Below are positions 48,270 through 59,116 of a stretch of DNA of 64,000 nt, piece after piece. Position 1 is the first letter of the stretch, and each line of letters begins with the position of its first letter. The stretch lies in NCBI GenBank assembly GCA_029856105.1, contig JAHQWH010000193.1, positions 32,001-96,000 of the forward strand. The letters are read 5' to 3'. The stretch comes from Promethearchaeia archaeon (GTDB lineage Archaea > Asgardarchaeota > Lokiarchaeia > Sigyniarchaeales > SOKP01). The notes beneath the pieces were generated by a model. The model did not search any database and had not been told where the DNA came from. It was given only the letters and a program-made list of their open reading frames with translations. The translations under genes and the position numbers were made by a program.

Positions 48270-50108
48270 ATGCCAAATGGTTATATGGGAAAAATTCTCT
48301 GGGTAAATCTTACTGATGGGACTTTTAAGGAAGAAGATGTGCCAGAAGAGTTATATCGGCAATATTTAGGCGGTTTTGGGTTAGCAGCTAAGTATATTTA
48401 TGAAAATACGCCTAAAAATGTAGACCCTTTGGGTCCAGATGCAATATTAGGCTTTTTTCCAGGTTTCTTAACTGGAACATTGGCACCTCTTACAGGGAGA
48501 TATATGGTAGCAGGTAAGTCGCCTCTTACGGGAACATGGGGGGATTCTCACTGTGGAGGTTTTTTCGGACCTGAAATAAAAAAATCTGGATACGATGGTA
48601 TATTAATAAAAGGTATAGCAAATAGTCCAAAAATTATAACGATAATCGATAATGAGAAGCAAATTATTGATGCACCAGACATATGGGGTTTAGATACCAT
48701 AGAAACGGAAGAGAAATTATTAGAAAAATATTCAGGTGCTAGAATTGCTAGTATTGGGGTTGCTGGTGAAAATCTTTCTTTAATCTCAGGAATCGTAAAT
48801 GATAAGGGAAGGATAGCAGCTAGATCTGGTTTGGGTGCTGTAATGGGTTCTAAAAAACTTAAGGCAATTGTATTAAAAGGAAACCAAAAAATTGGGTTAG
48901 TAGATAAGGATGCTCTTATTCAATTAGTGAAAGAATATAATAATAGCATAAGCGCTGCTACAGTAGGTTCAATACAACTATGGAGGGATTTGGGTACACC
49001 ATGGATGAATGACATCTCAGCTAAAACAGGTGATGCTCCTATAAAGAATTGGGGTGGATCTTCTGCCGAAGATTTTACAACGGAAAGTCTAAATAAAATT
49101 ACCGGTTTAGAGTTCGATAAATTTAAAGAAAAAAAATACGGTTGTTTTGGTTGCCCTGTCCAGTGCGGAGCTATATTGAAAGCACCCCAAATTAACATTG
49201 AAGAAACGCACAGACCTGAATATGAAACATGTGTATCTTTTGGACATCTTTTGTTGAATGACGATTTGCTTTCTATAATTGAAATTAATGAACTATGCAA
49301 TCGTGGAGGAATTGATACAATTTCTGTTGGTGGAACTGTAGCTTATACCATTGAATGCTATGAAAAAGGTTTACTAACTAAGGATGATTTAGATGGTCTT
49401 GAATTAAATTGGGGTAAATCAAAGGCAATTGTCGAATTAGTGAAAAAAATTATTAGCCGCGATGGTATAGGAGATATTTTAGCTGACGGTTCGAAAGTTG
49501 CTTCAGAGAAACTTGGAAAGGGCGCTGAATATGCGATACATTCGATGGGGCAAGAACTTCCGATGCATTCACCTAAATATTACAAATCGCTAGGAATGTC
49601 CTATGCTTTCGATCCAACTCCGGGTAGGCACACCTCAGGATGTTTAGATATGATGGTTGCAGGGCCATTGATGAAACCTGATGGACTTTTTTCGGGATTT
49701 AGTTTACCTAGAAAATTTAAAAGACCAAGCGAAGATCGTAATGAAGCACTTAAATCGGTTTCAGCTCTTTGGCAAGCAACAAGTTGTACTGGCTTGTGTG
49801 AATTTGCTTACTTCTTCCAGAAATATCCTCTCACAGAATTTATAAAATGCATTGTTGGTTGGGATATTACTATGGACGATATCGTAAAGATAGGAAAGCG
49901 TATTCAAACTCTAAGACAATCATTCAATGTTAGAGAAGGCATTGACATGGCTAAAAACAAATTGCCAGAAAGGGCTGTAGGAGTAGACTATGTAGCAGAT
50001 TACAAAGCTTACTGCGAAAGTTTCGGTTGGAACCCTGAAAATGGTCAACCACTAAAAGAAACTCTTTCAGAATTAGATTTGGATTTTGTAATTAAAGACC
50101 TTTACTAA
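48270..50108 (+). CDS. aor: Aldehyde:ferredoxin oxidoreductase (W/Mo-pterin)
   Basis: GYMGKILWVNL, KSPLTG, GLGAVMGSKKLKA, CFGCPVQC, PEYET, GIDTIS. Confidence 0.93.
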   Translation: MPNGYMGKILWVNLTDGTFKEEDVPEELYRQYLGGFGLAAKYIYENTPKNVDPLGPDAILGFFPGFLTGTLAPLTGRYMVAGKSPLTGTWGDSHCGGFFGPEIKKSGYDGILIKGIANSPKIITIIDNEKQIIDAPDIWGLDTIETEEKLLEKYSGARIASIGVAGENLSLISGIVNDKGRIAARSGLGAVMGSKKLKAIVLKGNQKIGLVDKDALIQLVKEYNNSISAATVGSIQLWRDLGTPWMNDISAKTGDAPIKNWGGSSAEDFTTESLNKITGLEFDKFKEKKYGCFGCPVQCGAILKAPQINIEETHRPEYETCVSFGHLLLNDDLLSIIEINELCNRGGIDTISVGGTVAYTIECYEKGLLTKDDLDGLELNWGKSKAIVELVKKIISRDGIGDILADGSKVASEKLGKGAEYAIHSMGQELPMHSPKYYKSLGMSYAFDPTPGRHTSGCLDMMVAGPLMKPDGLFSGFSLPRKFKRPSEDRNEALKSVSALWQATSCTGLCEFAYFFQKYPLTEFIKCIVGWDITMDDIVKIGKRIQTLRQSFNVREGIDMAKNKLPERAVGVDYVADYKAYCESFGWNPENGQPLKETLSELDLDFVIKDLY

Positions 50109-50111
50109 TCA

Positions 50112-50145
50112 TTTTTTAATTTTTTTTTTCTTTTTAAAAAAAAAA
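50112..50145. terminator. Putative bidirectional oligo-T terminator
   Basis: Long T tract followed by an A tract between convergent aor and the PLP-enzyme gene. Confidence 0.5.
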
Positions 50146-50151
50146 GATATT

Positions 50152-51354
50152 TTAAGAAAATCTTTTACCATAACCTCTATATGTTTTATAAGTGTCTATT
50201 ATTTCACCGTTCTGATAAATATAAACTTGATTAAAATGCTCTAAAGGTTCCCCTGCTTTACCAAACCTACAAAATATCGGGGCTCCAAGATCTAAATCTA
50301 ATTGCTCCGGGTTGAAAGTAAAGGGCGTTTGCACTTCTCCGAATTCTTCGTCTTTAGATGTTATTAAATTCTTGGGGATAACAGGGATTGGTAATGCTCT
50401 TACGCTTCCAGAACTTACATAACCTCCTGAAAAAGCAGTTGCAATATTTTCTTTTGGCTTACGAACAATTTGAATAACGAAAAAAAGAGATGGTAAAAAC
50501 TCGTTCAAAGAATTAATTGTATCGAAGATATGCGATTTAAAAAGCAAAGACCCTATACCAATTTCTGTTATAGAGGGTTCGGCAGCAGTTTCTTGAAAAC
50601 ACCCAGATCCTCCACCGTTAACAACTTCAGGTTTAAACCCGGCGTTATTAAGGGCGTCTACAAAGTTTTGGCGCCAAATATTTACGTGTTTCCTAGATCT
50701 TTTTTTTGCAAATCTAAATAATGCTTTATCATCGCCTATACTAGCATTTTGAGCTTCGTAACCCATAATTCCCCTAAAATGCAAGTTATTTGCTTTACTT
50801 ATTATTTGTGCTAGTTTCACTGCTGCTTCGGGTTCCCTTATTGGACTTCTATAAACGCCAACATTTCTTCCAAATAATTTGTCTGCAACATCTATTTCAA
50901 TCAATGTATCAAATTCAACATCATTTTTAACTGCAAATTCTTCTAACAAATTAATCTGTTTTATATCGTCAACCATAACTGTAATGCTTACACCGTCTAT
51001 GCTAGCTGCTTTGCATAATTCATCAACATCCACCTTAGACATCGTGGGATAACCCAACAATATATCTTTAGTTTTATAATTTTCAGCGTAAAACAAAGCT
51101 TCAGCTGAATTATAAGTAAATATCCCGTTAACAAAATCCTCTTTTTCAATTATATTTACCAATTCAGGAACTCTAACTGATTTAGTACATAATCTTAAAC
51201 TTTTTTTCACTTTCTTTAAATAATTCCCAACACTTTCTAAATTCTGATTGAAAGCATCGAGATCGCAGATTACCATAGGAAACTTTTTACCTTTAACTAA
51301 ATCTTTTAATTCCTCATAACTAGTGGATAATATCAATCTATTTTTACCTTTCAA
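50152..51354 (-). CDS. Fold-type III PLP enzyme (DSD1/D-threonine aldolase/alanine racemase-like)
   Basis: DLDAF..N, RLCTKSVR (PLP lysine), GIMGYE, NGGGSG, EIGIGS, GEVQTP. Confidence 0.82.
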   Translation of the reverse strand: MKGKNRLILSTSYEELKDLVKGKKFPMVICDLDAFNQNLESVGNYLKKVKKSLRLCTKSVRVPELVNIIEKEDFVNGIFTYNSAEALFYAENYKTKDILLGYPTMSKVDVDELCKAASIDGVSITVMVDDIKQINLLEEFAVKNDVEFDTLIEIDVADKLFGRNVGVYRSPIREPEAAVKLAQIISKANNLHFRGIMGYEAQNASIGDDKALFRFAKKRSRKHVNIWRQNFVDALNNAGFKPEVVNGGGSGCFQETAAEPSITEIGIGSLLFKSHIFDTINSLNEFLPSLFFVIQIVRKPKENIATAFSGGYVSSGSVRALPIPVIPKNLITSKDEEFGEVQTPFTFNPEQLDLDLGAPIFCRFGKAGEPLEHFNQVYIYQNGEIIDTYKTYRGYGKRFS

Positions 51355-51479
51355 ATTTAATAATTAATTGATAGTACATGAAAATTACTTTTTAGACTTT
51401 GTTAATAAGGAATTGGCTTTGACAAAACCTAAAATTAGAAATAACAATTAAGATAAAAAAAAAAAGATAATTAATTTAT

Positions 51480-51857
51480 TTACAGCGCTACTATAGCACT
51501 TATTTCTATTAACATACTAGCAAGAGGTAAATTTGATACTTCCACTGTTACTCTCGCGGGATAAGATTCAGAAACTCCGTTGTCATTAAAAAATTTTTTA
51601 TAAACGCTGTTCATTTCGTTAAATTCTTTAATATTTTTTAAAAATACGGTTGTATTGACAATGTTCGAAATTTTACATCCAGCAGCTTCTACGATTTTTT
51701 TAATATTGGTTAGTGCAACTAAAGTCTGTTCTTTAATATCATTTGCAGGTTGAGCCGATCCTTGGCCAGAAACAAATAGTAAATTACTTGCTTTTATGCC
51801 CGGGCTATAAGGTCCCGCAACGGGAGTTCCAGGATTAATAATTTCAATACCTGACAT
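51480..51857 (-). CDS. ridA: RidA/YjgF family imine deaminase
   Basis: GPYS, FVSGQ, FNEMNSVY, PAR, IEISA; ATG 51857 preferred as start. Confidence 0.88.
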   Translation of the reverse strand: MSGIEIINPGTPVAGPYSPGIKASNLLFVSGQGSAQPANDIKEQTLVALTNIKKIVEAAGCKISNIVNTTVFLKNIKEFNEMNSVYKKFFNDNGVSESYPARVTVEVSNLPLASMLIEISAIVAL

Positions 51858-52017
51858 AATTAATTTTAAGCTCAATTATTTTAAAAGATTTTCTTCTCAA
51901 AACCTCCTAATTAGAAAAATCAAAAATCAAGTATTTTGGTTGAATAAAATCGAAAAAAATATTTGTAAATGATCGTTTTTTTAAATAACTCTAGCGTTAA
52001 TTTAATTGAATAATATT

Positions 52018-53367
52018 ATGTCTAAGAAATTTTCAACAAAACCACTAAGAGGAATGAAAGATTATTATCCACCGGATTTACGAGAAATAAACTGGATAAT
52101 TGATACAATTCGAGATGTTGCGGAATTGTATAGTTATGAAGAATTTGAAAGTCCAAGATTAGAACCAATTGAGATTTTTGCTGCTAAATCTTCAGACGAG
52201 TTAGTGAATGAACAATCCTTCATAGTAGAGAAAAAAAAAGGAGAAAAGTTAATACTAATTCCAGAACTTACTCCATCGTTAGCGCGAATGATCACAGCAA
52301 AAAGTCAAGAACTTAAAAAACCCATAAGGTGGTTCTCAGTACCTACATGTTATAGGTACGAGCGCCCACAGAAAGGCCGGAGAAGGGAATTCAAGCAAAT
52401 TAATATGGACATCTTGGGAGAAAATAGTCTCTATGCCGAACTCGAAATATTCAATGCAGTTGTTGATATCTTTTTAGAATTTGGAGCCATTTCAGACCAA
52501 TTTCAAATTTTTTATAATAATCGACGATTTATCGATTCTGTGTGTGAACTGATACTAAATGTACCTAAAGAGAAATTAAAGTTAGTATATAAAGTATTAG
52601 ATAAATTCGATAAATTAGAGGAATCGGAATTAGAGAGATTTGTTTTTGACTCTTTCCAAGACGAGACAATTGTGCAAGGCATTTTTAAACTAAAAGAGTC
52701 TACATCTTTAGAGGATTTATTAAATAAATTTGAGGACATCCCCGAAGAGTTTTATAATTCTCGTGGTTATGTTGAATTATTAAATTTTAATTTATTACTT
52801 TCAGAAGCAAAAATCACCGAATATTGTACATTTTCTTCAAGCGTTGTTAGAGGTCTAGATTATTATACTGGCATTGTATTCGAAGTACTTGATACTGGAA
52901 AAGATAACATCAGAAGCATTTTTGGAGGAGGACGCTACGATGACTTGTTATCCCTATTCTCAGACGAAAAAATATCAGGAATAGGGTTTGGAATGGGCGT
53001 GTTAATGTTTTCATTATTCTTAAAAACATATAATTTAATTCCTGAAGATATTAAAGAAAAAGTTTATACTGATACTATTTATATTGCCTCTATTAACGAT
53101 AATGCGTCTAGTTACGCGTTAAAATTAGCAAAAATGGTTAGAGATGAGGATTTTCCGTGTATAATAGATTACAAGTTTAAAAATTTAAAAAACCAATTAA
53201 AAAAAGCTAATGAGCTCGGTGTTTTAGTCGTATTGATAATAGGACCAAAAGAAGCTGAGAATGATAAAGTTTCTATTAAAAATATGGCAACAGAAGAACA
53301 AAAAACAATTGATATCGGAGAATTAATTGACGAAATCTATAACATTATTGAAGAATTTGGAAGTTAA
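52018..53367 (+). CDS. hisS: Histidine--tRNA ligase
   Basis: RGMKD, PELTPS, RYERPQKGRRREF.Q, RGLDYYTG, GGGRYD, GFGMG. Confidence 0.97.
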   Translation: MSKKFSTKPLRGMKDYYPPDLREINWIIDTIRDVAELYSYEEFESPRLEPIEIFAAKSSDELVNEQSFIVEKKKGEKLILIPELTPSLARMITAKSQELKKPIRWFSVPTCYRYERPQKGRRREFKQINMDILGENSLYAELEIFNAVVDIFLEFGAISDQFQIFYNNRRFIDSVCELILNVPKEKLKLVYKVLDKFDKLEESELERFVFDSFQDETIVQGIFKLKESTSLEDLLNKFEDIPEEFYNSRGYVELLNFNLLLSEAKITEYCTFSSSVVRGLDYYTGIVFEVLDTGKDNIRSIFGGGRYDDLLSLFSDEKISGIGFGMGVLMFSLFLKTYNLIPEDIKEKVYTDTIYIASINDNASSYALKLAKMVRDEDFPCIIDYKFKNLKNQLKKANELGVLVVLIIGPKEAENDKVSIKNMATEEQKTIDIGELIDEIYNIIEEFGS

Positions 53368-53389
53368 AAAAAAAAGGAGATAGCATTAT

Positions 53390-53734
53390 TTGGATATAGA
53401 AGAGTTAAAAAAATTTGGAATTGATGGTCCTGATGAAGGTATATTTATAATTGTTTTATGTTCTAAATGGTGTAGGTCTTGTAAATTATTCACTACAATA
53501 TTAGAACAAATTAGAGACGAAGGTATTATAAAGTTAAAAATAGTTGATATTGGTGAAAGTTCTAAGTTAGCTCAAGAATTGAAAATCAATGCAATACCCG
53601 CTTTAATAATTTTTAAGGATGGCAAGCTCTTAAATAAAAACATTAAATTGTATGGGGAATTAATCGTTAATAAAGGAATTACAATTGGATCTTTCAATGA
53701 AGAGATTTTGAAAGAGATAATTAACCAAATTTAA
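53390..53734 (+). CDS. Thioredoxin family protein
   Basis: WCRSC redox motif, cis-Pro AIPAL, FKDGK; GGAG SD before TTG. Confidence 0.82.
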   Translation: MDIEELKKFGIDGPDEGIFIIVLCSKWCRSCKLFTTILEQIRDEGIIKLKIVDIGESSKLAQELKINAIPALIIFKDGKLLNKNIKLYGELIVNKGITIGSFNEEILKEIINQI

Positions 53735-53913
53735 ATTTCTCTGATATTTTTAGAAGTTAAAAAAGTTTTTTTATTTGCGTGTTCCCGCTTACTCATGTCT
53801 TTCAAGAGCTTTGAATAGTTTTCAAGCTGCCTTTCAATAGCATTTTTTGAATAATATAACTTAAAGTCTGAAAACACGAATATTTTTAAGATTTCAAGTA
53901 ATTTATTTTATTT

Positions 53914-54882
53914 ATGAATCTAGATCTCAAAAAATTTGATATATTTTATATAATTGGTTTAGTTGCAACCACTATTTTCATGATTCTTGAATTGATCTTT
54001 GGATTTATTGCGGTGAATATTACTTTCTTAATTTTCTTTTGGACAATGAAGCTTCTTTCCGGTTTTGGTTTGATATTAACTGTTGCAAATGGTATTTTGT
54101 GGATTCTAAATCGTTTTACTGAAAAATTTAGTAAAAAAGACGTTCAGGTTCTTATAATTATTCAGGTGATAGTTCCAGGAATTTTCATAGGATATGCTGT
54201 TTATAGCATAATTTCAAGCTTACCTCCCACAATACCTAAAACAGGTATACAATTTTGGTTTGATCTTCTATTATTTCTTTACGGTATTATCTCTTTGATG
54301 CTATCATTATATATAATTCCCTTAATTAGAGAAGAGTTTCAAGAAGCTGTAGACACGGGAACAATTAAGCGTATTAAGAGAGGAACAAAAAAAATAGGAA
54401 GAAAAATGAAGAAAGGATACTTTAGCTGGAGAGGAAAGTATGCGAAAGTTCAAATTCAAGATCAGATGACGTTAGGAGAAGTCCTGGATATCTGGAGAAA
54501 TCAATTTGCAGTGTATTTGCTTATCCCGATTGCCATAGGTTCCCTTATCTTTACGCCTATTGCATTTATTTGCATAGTTTTTTGGTTAAAAATAATTGTT
54601 TTTGATAAAGGCGAGCCTAAGTTTTATGAAAGAATAGCTTTACTTATCTCCATGATTTGGATCACAACGATCACATGTTTGTCTTACGCTTTCAAACTTG
54701 TATTCTTTACATCAATCGAGCCATTTTTCTGGACTATTCAAGTGTTTTACCTAATTGGAATTGTTATCTCCACCAGTATATTTATTTACCAATTCATTAA
54801 ACTCAAAGGAATCACAATAAAAAAGATTAAGGAAGAAATCCGAGAAAGAAGAGAGCCAGAAGATATTGAGGAAACAGATTAA
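53914..54882 (+). CDS. Hypothetical integral membrane protein
   Basis: About 7 hydrophobic segments with a basic internal loop. Confidence 0.7.
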   Translation: MNLDLKKFDIFYIIGLVATTIFMILELIFGFIAVNITFLIFFWTMKLLSGFGLILTVANGILWILNRFTEKFSKKDVQVLIIIQVIVPGIFIGYAVYSIISSLPPTIPKTGIQFWFDLLLFLYGIISLMLSLYIIPLIREEFQEAVDTGTIKRIKRGTKKIGRKMKKGYFSWRGKYAKVQIQDQMTLGEVLDIWRNQFAVYLLIPIAIGSLIFTPIAFICIVFWLKIIVFDKGEPKFYERIALLISMIWITTITCLSYAFKLVFFTSIEPFFWTIQVFYLIGIVISTSIFIYQFIKLKGITIKKIKEEIRERREPEDIEETD

Positions 54883-55087
54883 GTTGAATAAATTTTAAAA
54901 AAAATTAATTAATTCTATTTTTATTTTAGTAGACATTCCCATCACTAAATTTTTTAGAAACCACTTCCTATACATATTCAGATTTAAGATTATTGCCAAA
55001 AATTTCTAAAATTTAGATCATTCATGGTCAATAATTATTAAGTGGATTGCCAATATTATTAAAAAAAAATCATCACTAAAGGTAGAT

Positions 55088-56008
55088 ATGCAATTTATTG
55101 AACGATTAATTCAGTCTATTAAGGATAAGAAAAGCGTAGTTTGTATGGGACTTGATCCCAGGATGGATAAGCAAGGCGAAATTCCAAAGTATTTAATAGA
55201 TGAGTTAAAAGATCCAAATAAAATAATTCTAGAATTTAACAAAAATCTTATTGATCATACATCTGATTTAATCCCCGTTGTAAAACCGCAGATCGCTTTT
55301 TACGAGAAATATGAGGCGTTAGCAGCGTTGAAAGAAACGATAAAATACGCCCATAAAAAAGATTTACTTGTCATTTTAGATTCAAAGCGTAACGATATTG
55401 GTTCAACTTCGGAAGCGTACGCGTATTCCACGTTTAAAGTTTACAATGCTGACGCTTGTACAATAAACGCATACCTTGGATTTGATGGGATTAAACCTTA
55501 TTTAAGTTATAAAGAGAAAGGTCTATTTATCCTAGTAAAAACTTCAAACCCTAGTAGTAAAGATTTTCAAGATATCTTTAGCGCTAGGATCCTTAATGTT
55601 CCCGACTCTGATGTTGAAGTTATAGTAGATCAAATAACACTGGAAAGAAATTATATCCACATGGCAAAACTAGTTTCTGAGTGGGGAAAGAACCTTGAAC
55701 AATTTTCTAATTTTCATAATTTGGGAGTAGTAGTAGGAGCAACTTACCCACAAGAATTAAAAGCAATAAGGAAAACAGTCAAAAATTCCTACGTGTTAAT
55801 ACCCGGATATGGGGCTCAAGGTGCTCAAACGAAAGAAATTAAACATGGTTTTAACGATAAAGGATTGGGGGGAATTGTAAATTCGTCAAGAGGGATAATA
55901 TATTCGTATAATAAAAAAGAATTATTCTCGCCTGATAAGTATGGTGAAGCTGCGAGAGACGAAATAATTGACATGAACAAAAAAATTAACAAAGAAGTTA
56001 ATTTGTGA
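55088..56008 (+). CDS. pyrF: Orotidine-5'-phosphate decarboxylase (subfamily 2)
   Basis: GLDP, KPQIAFYE, DSKRNDIGST, KTSNP, VVGAT, PGYGAQG, NSSRGI. Confidence 0.95.
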   Translation: MQFIERLIQSIKDKKSVVCMGLDPRMDKQGEIPKYLIDELKDPNKIILEFNKNLIDHTSDLIPVVKPQIAFYEKYEALAALKETIKYAHKKDLLVILDSKRNDIGSTSEAYAYSTFKVYNADACTINAYLGFDGIKPYLSYKEKGLFILVKTSNPSSKDFQDIFSARILNVPDSDVEVIVDQITLERNYIHMAKLVSEWGKNLEQFSNFHNLGVVVGATYPQELKAIRKTVKNSYVLIPGYGAQGAQTKEIKHGFNDKGLGGIVNSSRGIIYSYNKKELFSPDKYGEAARDEIIDMNKKINKEVNL

Positions 56009-56024
56009 AAACAAATTAGTTCAA

Positions 56025-56516
56025 TCACATTATATTTGAGAGAATGGATCCCATATTAACCATAATAAAAACGATTGGAAGGATTATTATCGAAACTACG
56101 GTTAACGAACGTTTAAGGCCAACTTGATGTATGACATTAATTACGTTTAAGTCAATAAAAGTACAAAATATTATTATTGGGATGATTACTTCGGGGGCTC
56201 CCTTGAACTCCCCTGCGAATCCTAACAAAAATAAAGGAGAACTAATAAAAAAAATTACTCCAAATTGAATTAGAAAACTTACCGCCACCCATTTCATTCC
56301 TGTTCTTTTTTTAGCTTTAGTTATTGCTAACCCGAACTTTAATAATAAGATATCTCCACCCGCAAAAGCAGCCATAAGGATTAGAAGCATAATATCCCCT
56401 TCTGGAGGATCTCCCATTTGTAATAAATTTAATAACATCTCTATTTCACTAACCGTAGAAGTTCTATTTAAATTTGATTTAATCAAACTTTTTTTATTCA
56501 ATTGCTTAAAAAACAC
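56025..56516 (-). CDS. Hypothetical membrane protein
   Basis: Four TMs; true start probably the internal ATG (MLLNLLQ). Confidence 0.6.
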   Translation of the reverse strand: MFFKQLNKKSLIKSNLNRTSTVSEIEMLLNLLQMGDPPEGDIMLLILMAAFAGGDILLLKFGLAITKAKKRTGMKWVAVSFLIQFGVIFFISSPLFLLGFAGEFKGAPEVIIPIIIFCTFIDLNVINVIHQVGLKRSLTVVSIIILPIVFIMVNMGSILSNIM

Positions 56517-56652
56517 ATAAAAGATTTTTGATTTAAAGTTAATTTTTTTAATCAGTTATTTTAAATTAGAATAAAATATTTAGATTCATAATAACAATAA
56601 TTACAAATTATTGGAGGAAACTAACAAAAAGGAACAAAAGGAATGATATGCA

Positions 56653-58617
56653 ATGGTAGAAACTAAAATTACAAATGATGAACCAAGAATCTTCGTGGCA
56701 GTATGCCAATGAGGTATTAATATTGCCGAAATAATCGATACAAAAGCTCTATCAGAATATTCAAAAACGCTTCCAAATGTAGTTGAAGCTTTAGATTACA
56801 TTTCAATGTGCACACAAGGCGGAGCCGAATTCATTAAAGAAAAAATGATCGAGAGCAACGCTAATAGGTTAGTTATGGCATCTTGCACCCCAATAACTCA
56901 CGAACCTGTTTTTAAAAGCGTACTAGAATCTATGGGTTTGGACCCTTCTTACTTGGAATTCGTGAACATACGAGAACACTCGAGTTTTGTCCATAGACAA
57001 GATAAAATAGGGGCACAAAGAACCGCTGAGGATCTTATTCGGTCTGGTGTTGCTAGGGCTAGTGTTTTAGAAAAAATTCTAATCAAAGAGGTAGATATCA
57101 CTAAAAAGGCCTTAATTATTGGTGGTGGCGTGGCAGGACTAACAGCAGGAATAGATTTGGCCGAAGAAGGTTTTGAAGTCCATTTGGTTGAGAAAAATCC
57201 GACAACTGGAGGAAAAATGGCTATGTTAGATCGAACATTTCCCACTGACGATTGTAGTATATGAATTCTTGGCCCTGTTATGCTCGAAGCGGCAAGAACT
57301 CCAGGGTTAATTGTATATACTTATAGTGACGTGGAAGATGTTTCTGGATTTGTTGGAAACTTTAATGTTAAAATCCGCAAAAGGGCAAGGTACGTTAATA
57401 ACGACTGCAATGGTTGCGGTGCTTGCTTTGATGTGTGTCCCGCTTACGGATACGATGAATTTAACGAAGGAATGAACCCGAGAAAAGCAATTTACGTTTC
57501 CTTTGCTCAAGCAGTACCCTCGATGGCTCAAATTGATATGACGAGATGCATTAAATGTGAATTGTGTAAAGGTGTCTGTGAAGTTAAAGCAATTGATTTT
57601 GATCAAGAAGATGAAATTGTAGACGTTAAAGTTGGCTCAATAATAGTAGCTACAGGATGGGACGAGTACGAACCAGAAACGGGTTATTTAGGATACGATG
57701 TTTATCCAAATGTAATAACCCAAATGAAGTTAGAAAGGATTCTTGCACCTAACGGACCAACTCTTGGGCATCTAGTTCGCCCTTCTGACGGAAAAAAACC
57801 TGAAAAAATACTATTTATTCAATGTGTAGGGTCGAGAGATTTAAACATGAATACTTATTGCAGTGGCGGAGTATGTTGTATGGTTTCAATTAAAAATTCT
57901 AAACTTATAAAACAACATTATCCTGAAATAGAAATCTCTGTTGCCTACATGGATATTCGAGCCGCTGGAAAAGATTACGAAGAGTATTACACCGCATCTC
58001 GAAAAGAAGGTATTAGATATATTAGAACTAATGTCTCAAAAATTCAAGAAGACCTTGAAACTCAAAATCTTAAAATAATTATCCAAAACACACTTAGCAG
58101 TACAAGATTAAAAGAACTTGAGTACGATATGGTGGTTCTATCGTGCGCTATGGTACCCGCAAAGGGAGTAGAAAAAATTGGAAGAATCTTAAAGCTTGAA
58201 ACGAGCCAAGATGGATTTTTCAAGGAATTCCATTCTCGATTAAATCCAATTGACACCAAAATTCCGGGTATCGTACTTGCAGGAGCTTCTCAAAGCCCCA
58301 AATCTGTAGCTGAATCAATAGCTCAAGGAAGGGCAGCAGCATCTTCTTTAGCACGATTGATGTGGAAGGATAAGTATAGGATTTTATTAATTCGAGCTAC
58401 TGTAGACAAAGATAGATGTGCGAAGTGTGGGCTGTGTGAATTAAATTGTCCTTACGATGCAATTAAGACTTTAGCTGATGGAGCAGAAGTAAACGAGATA
58501 TTGTGCCGTGGATGCGGTTCGTGCTTAGCCAATTGTCCTTCTGAGGCGATTACGCTAAGATACTACCGTGAACCTCAATATGAAAAACAAATCGATGCTA
58601 TTTTAGAAGAGATATAG
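56653..58617 (+). CDS. hdrA: Heterodisulfide reductase subunit A, selenoprotein (Sec20, Sec204), 654 aa
   Basis: One frame through TGA 56710-12 (VAVCQ-U-GINI; canonical CHCGxNI) and TGA 57262-64 (FPTDDCSI-U-IL; canonical CSxCIL). GGGVAG FAD motif, ferredoxin motifs, CVGSR. Joins track ORFs 56806 and 57280. Confidence 0.93.
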
Positions 58618-58630
58618 AGAGGTGTAAAAA

Positions 58631-59116
58631 GTGGCGACAATAGATAAAGACCAAATAAAGATCTTAGCATTTATGTGCTGGAAATGAGGTTATGGTGCTG
58701 GAGATATGGCGGGTACGATACGCGCTCAATACCCTTCTACGATTAGACCTATAAGAATCAACTGTACTGGACGCGTAACGCCTTCACTTATGATGCGCGC
58801 GATTGGAAAGGGTGCCGATGGAGTAATTGTTGCTGGATGATACGAAGGAGAATGCGATTATGAAACCGGTAATTTGGTAGCAGCAAAAAACGTGAAGTAT
58901 ACGAGAGAAATTTTAAAAACCACGGGTGTTTCCCCTGATAGAATCCAAATGTTCCATTGTAGCGCAGCTGAAGGTCAACGATTTCAAGAAGAAGTCACCA
59001 GAATCTCAGAAATAATCGAAAATTTAGGCAGCAATCCAATTAAAGAATCTCTGCGTTCCGAAAAGAACAAAAAAGATTCAAAAAAAGAACAAAAAAAAAT
59101 TAAACCGAAGGAATGA
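58631..59116 (+). CDS. vhuD: MvhD/VhuD hydrogenase Fe-S subunit, selenoprotein (Sec19, Sec70), 161 aa
   Basis: GTG start after GAGGTG SD. FMCWK-U-GY (TGA 58685-87; canonical CNWCSY), CTGRV, GADGVIVAG-U-YEGEC (TGA 58838-40; canonical AGCHxGDC), SAAEG. Confidence 0.93.

Noticed and set aside
56806-59116. Track ORFs 56806..57264, 57280..58617 and 58874..59116 as separate genes or pseudogene fragments
   Set aside because: All four interruptions are in-frame TGA at conserved Cys positions and a SECIS follows; selenoproteins explain this better than decay.
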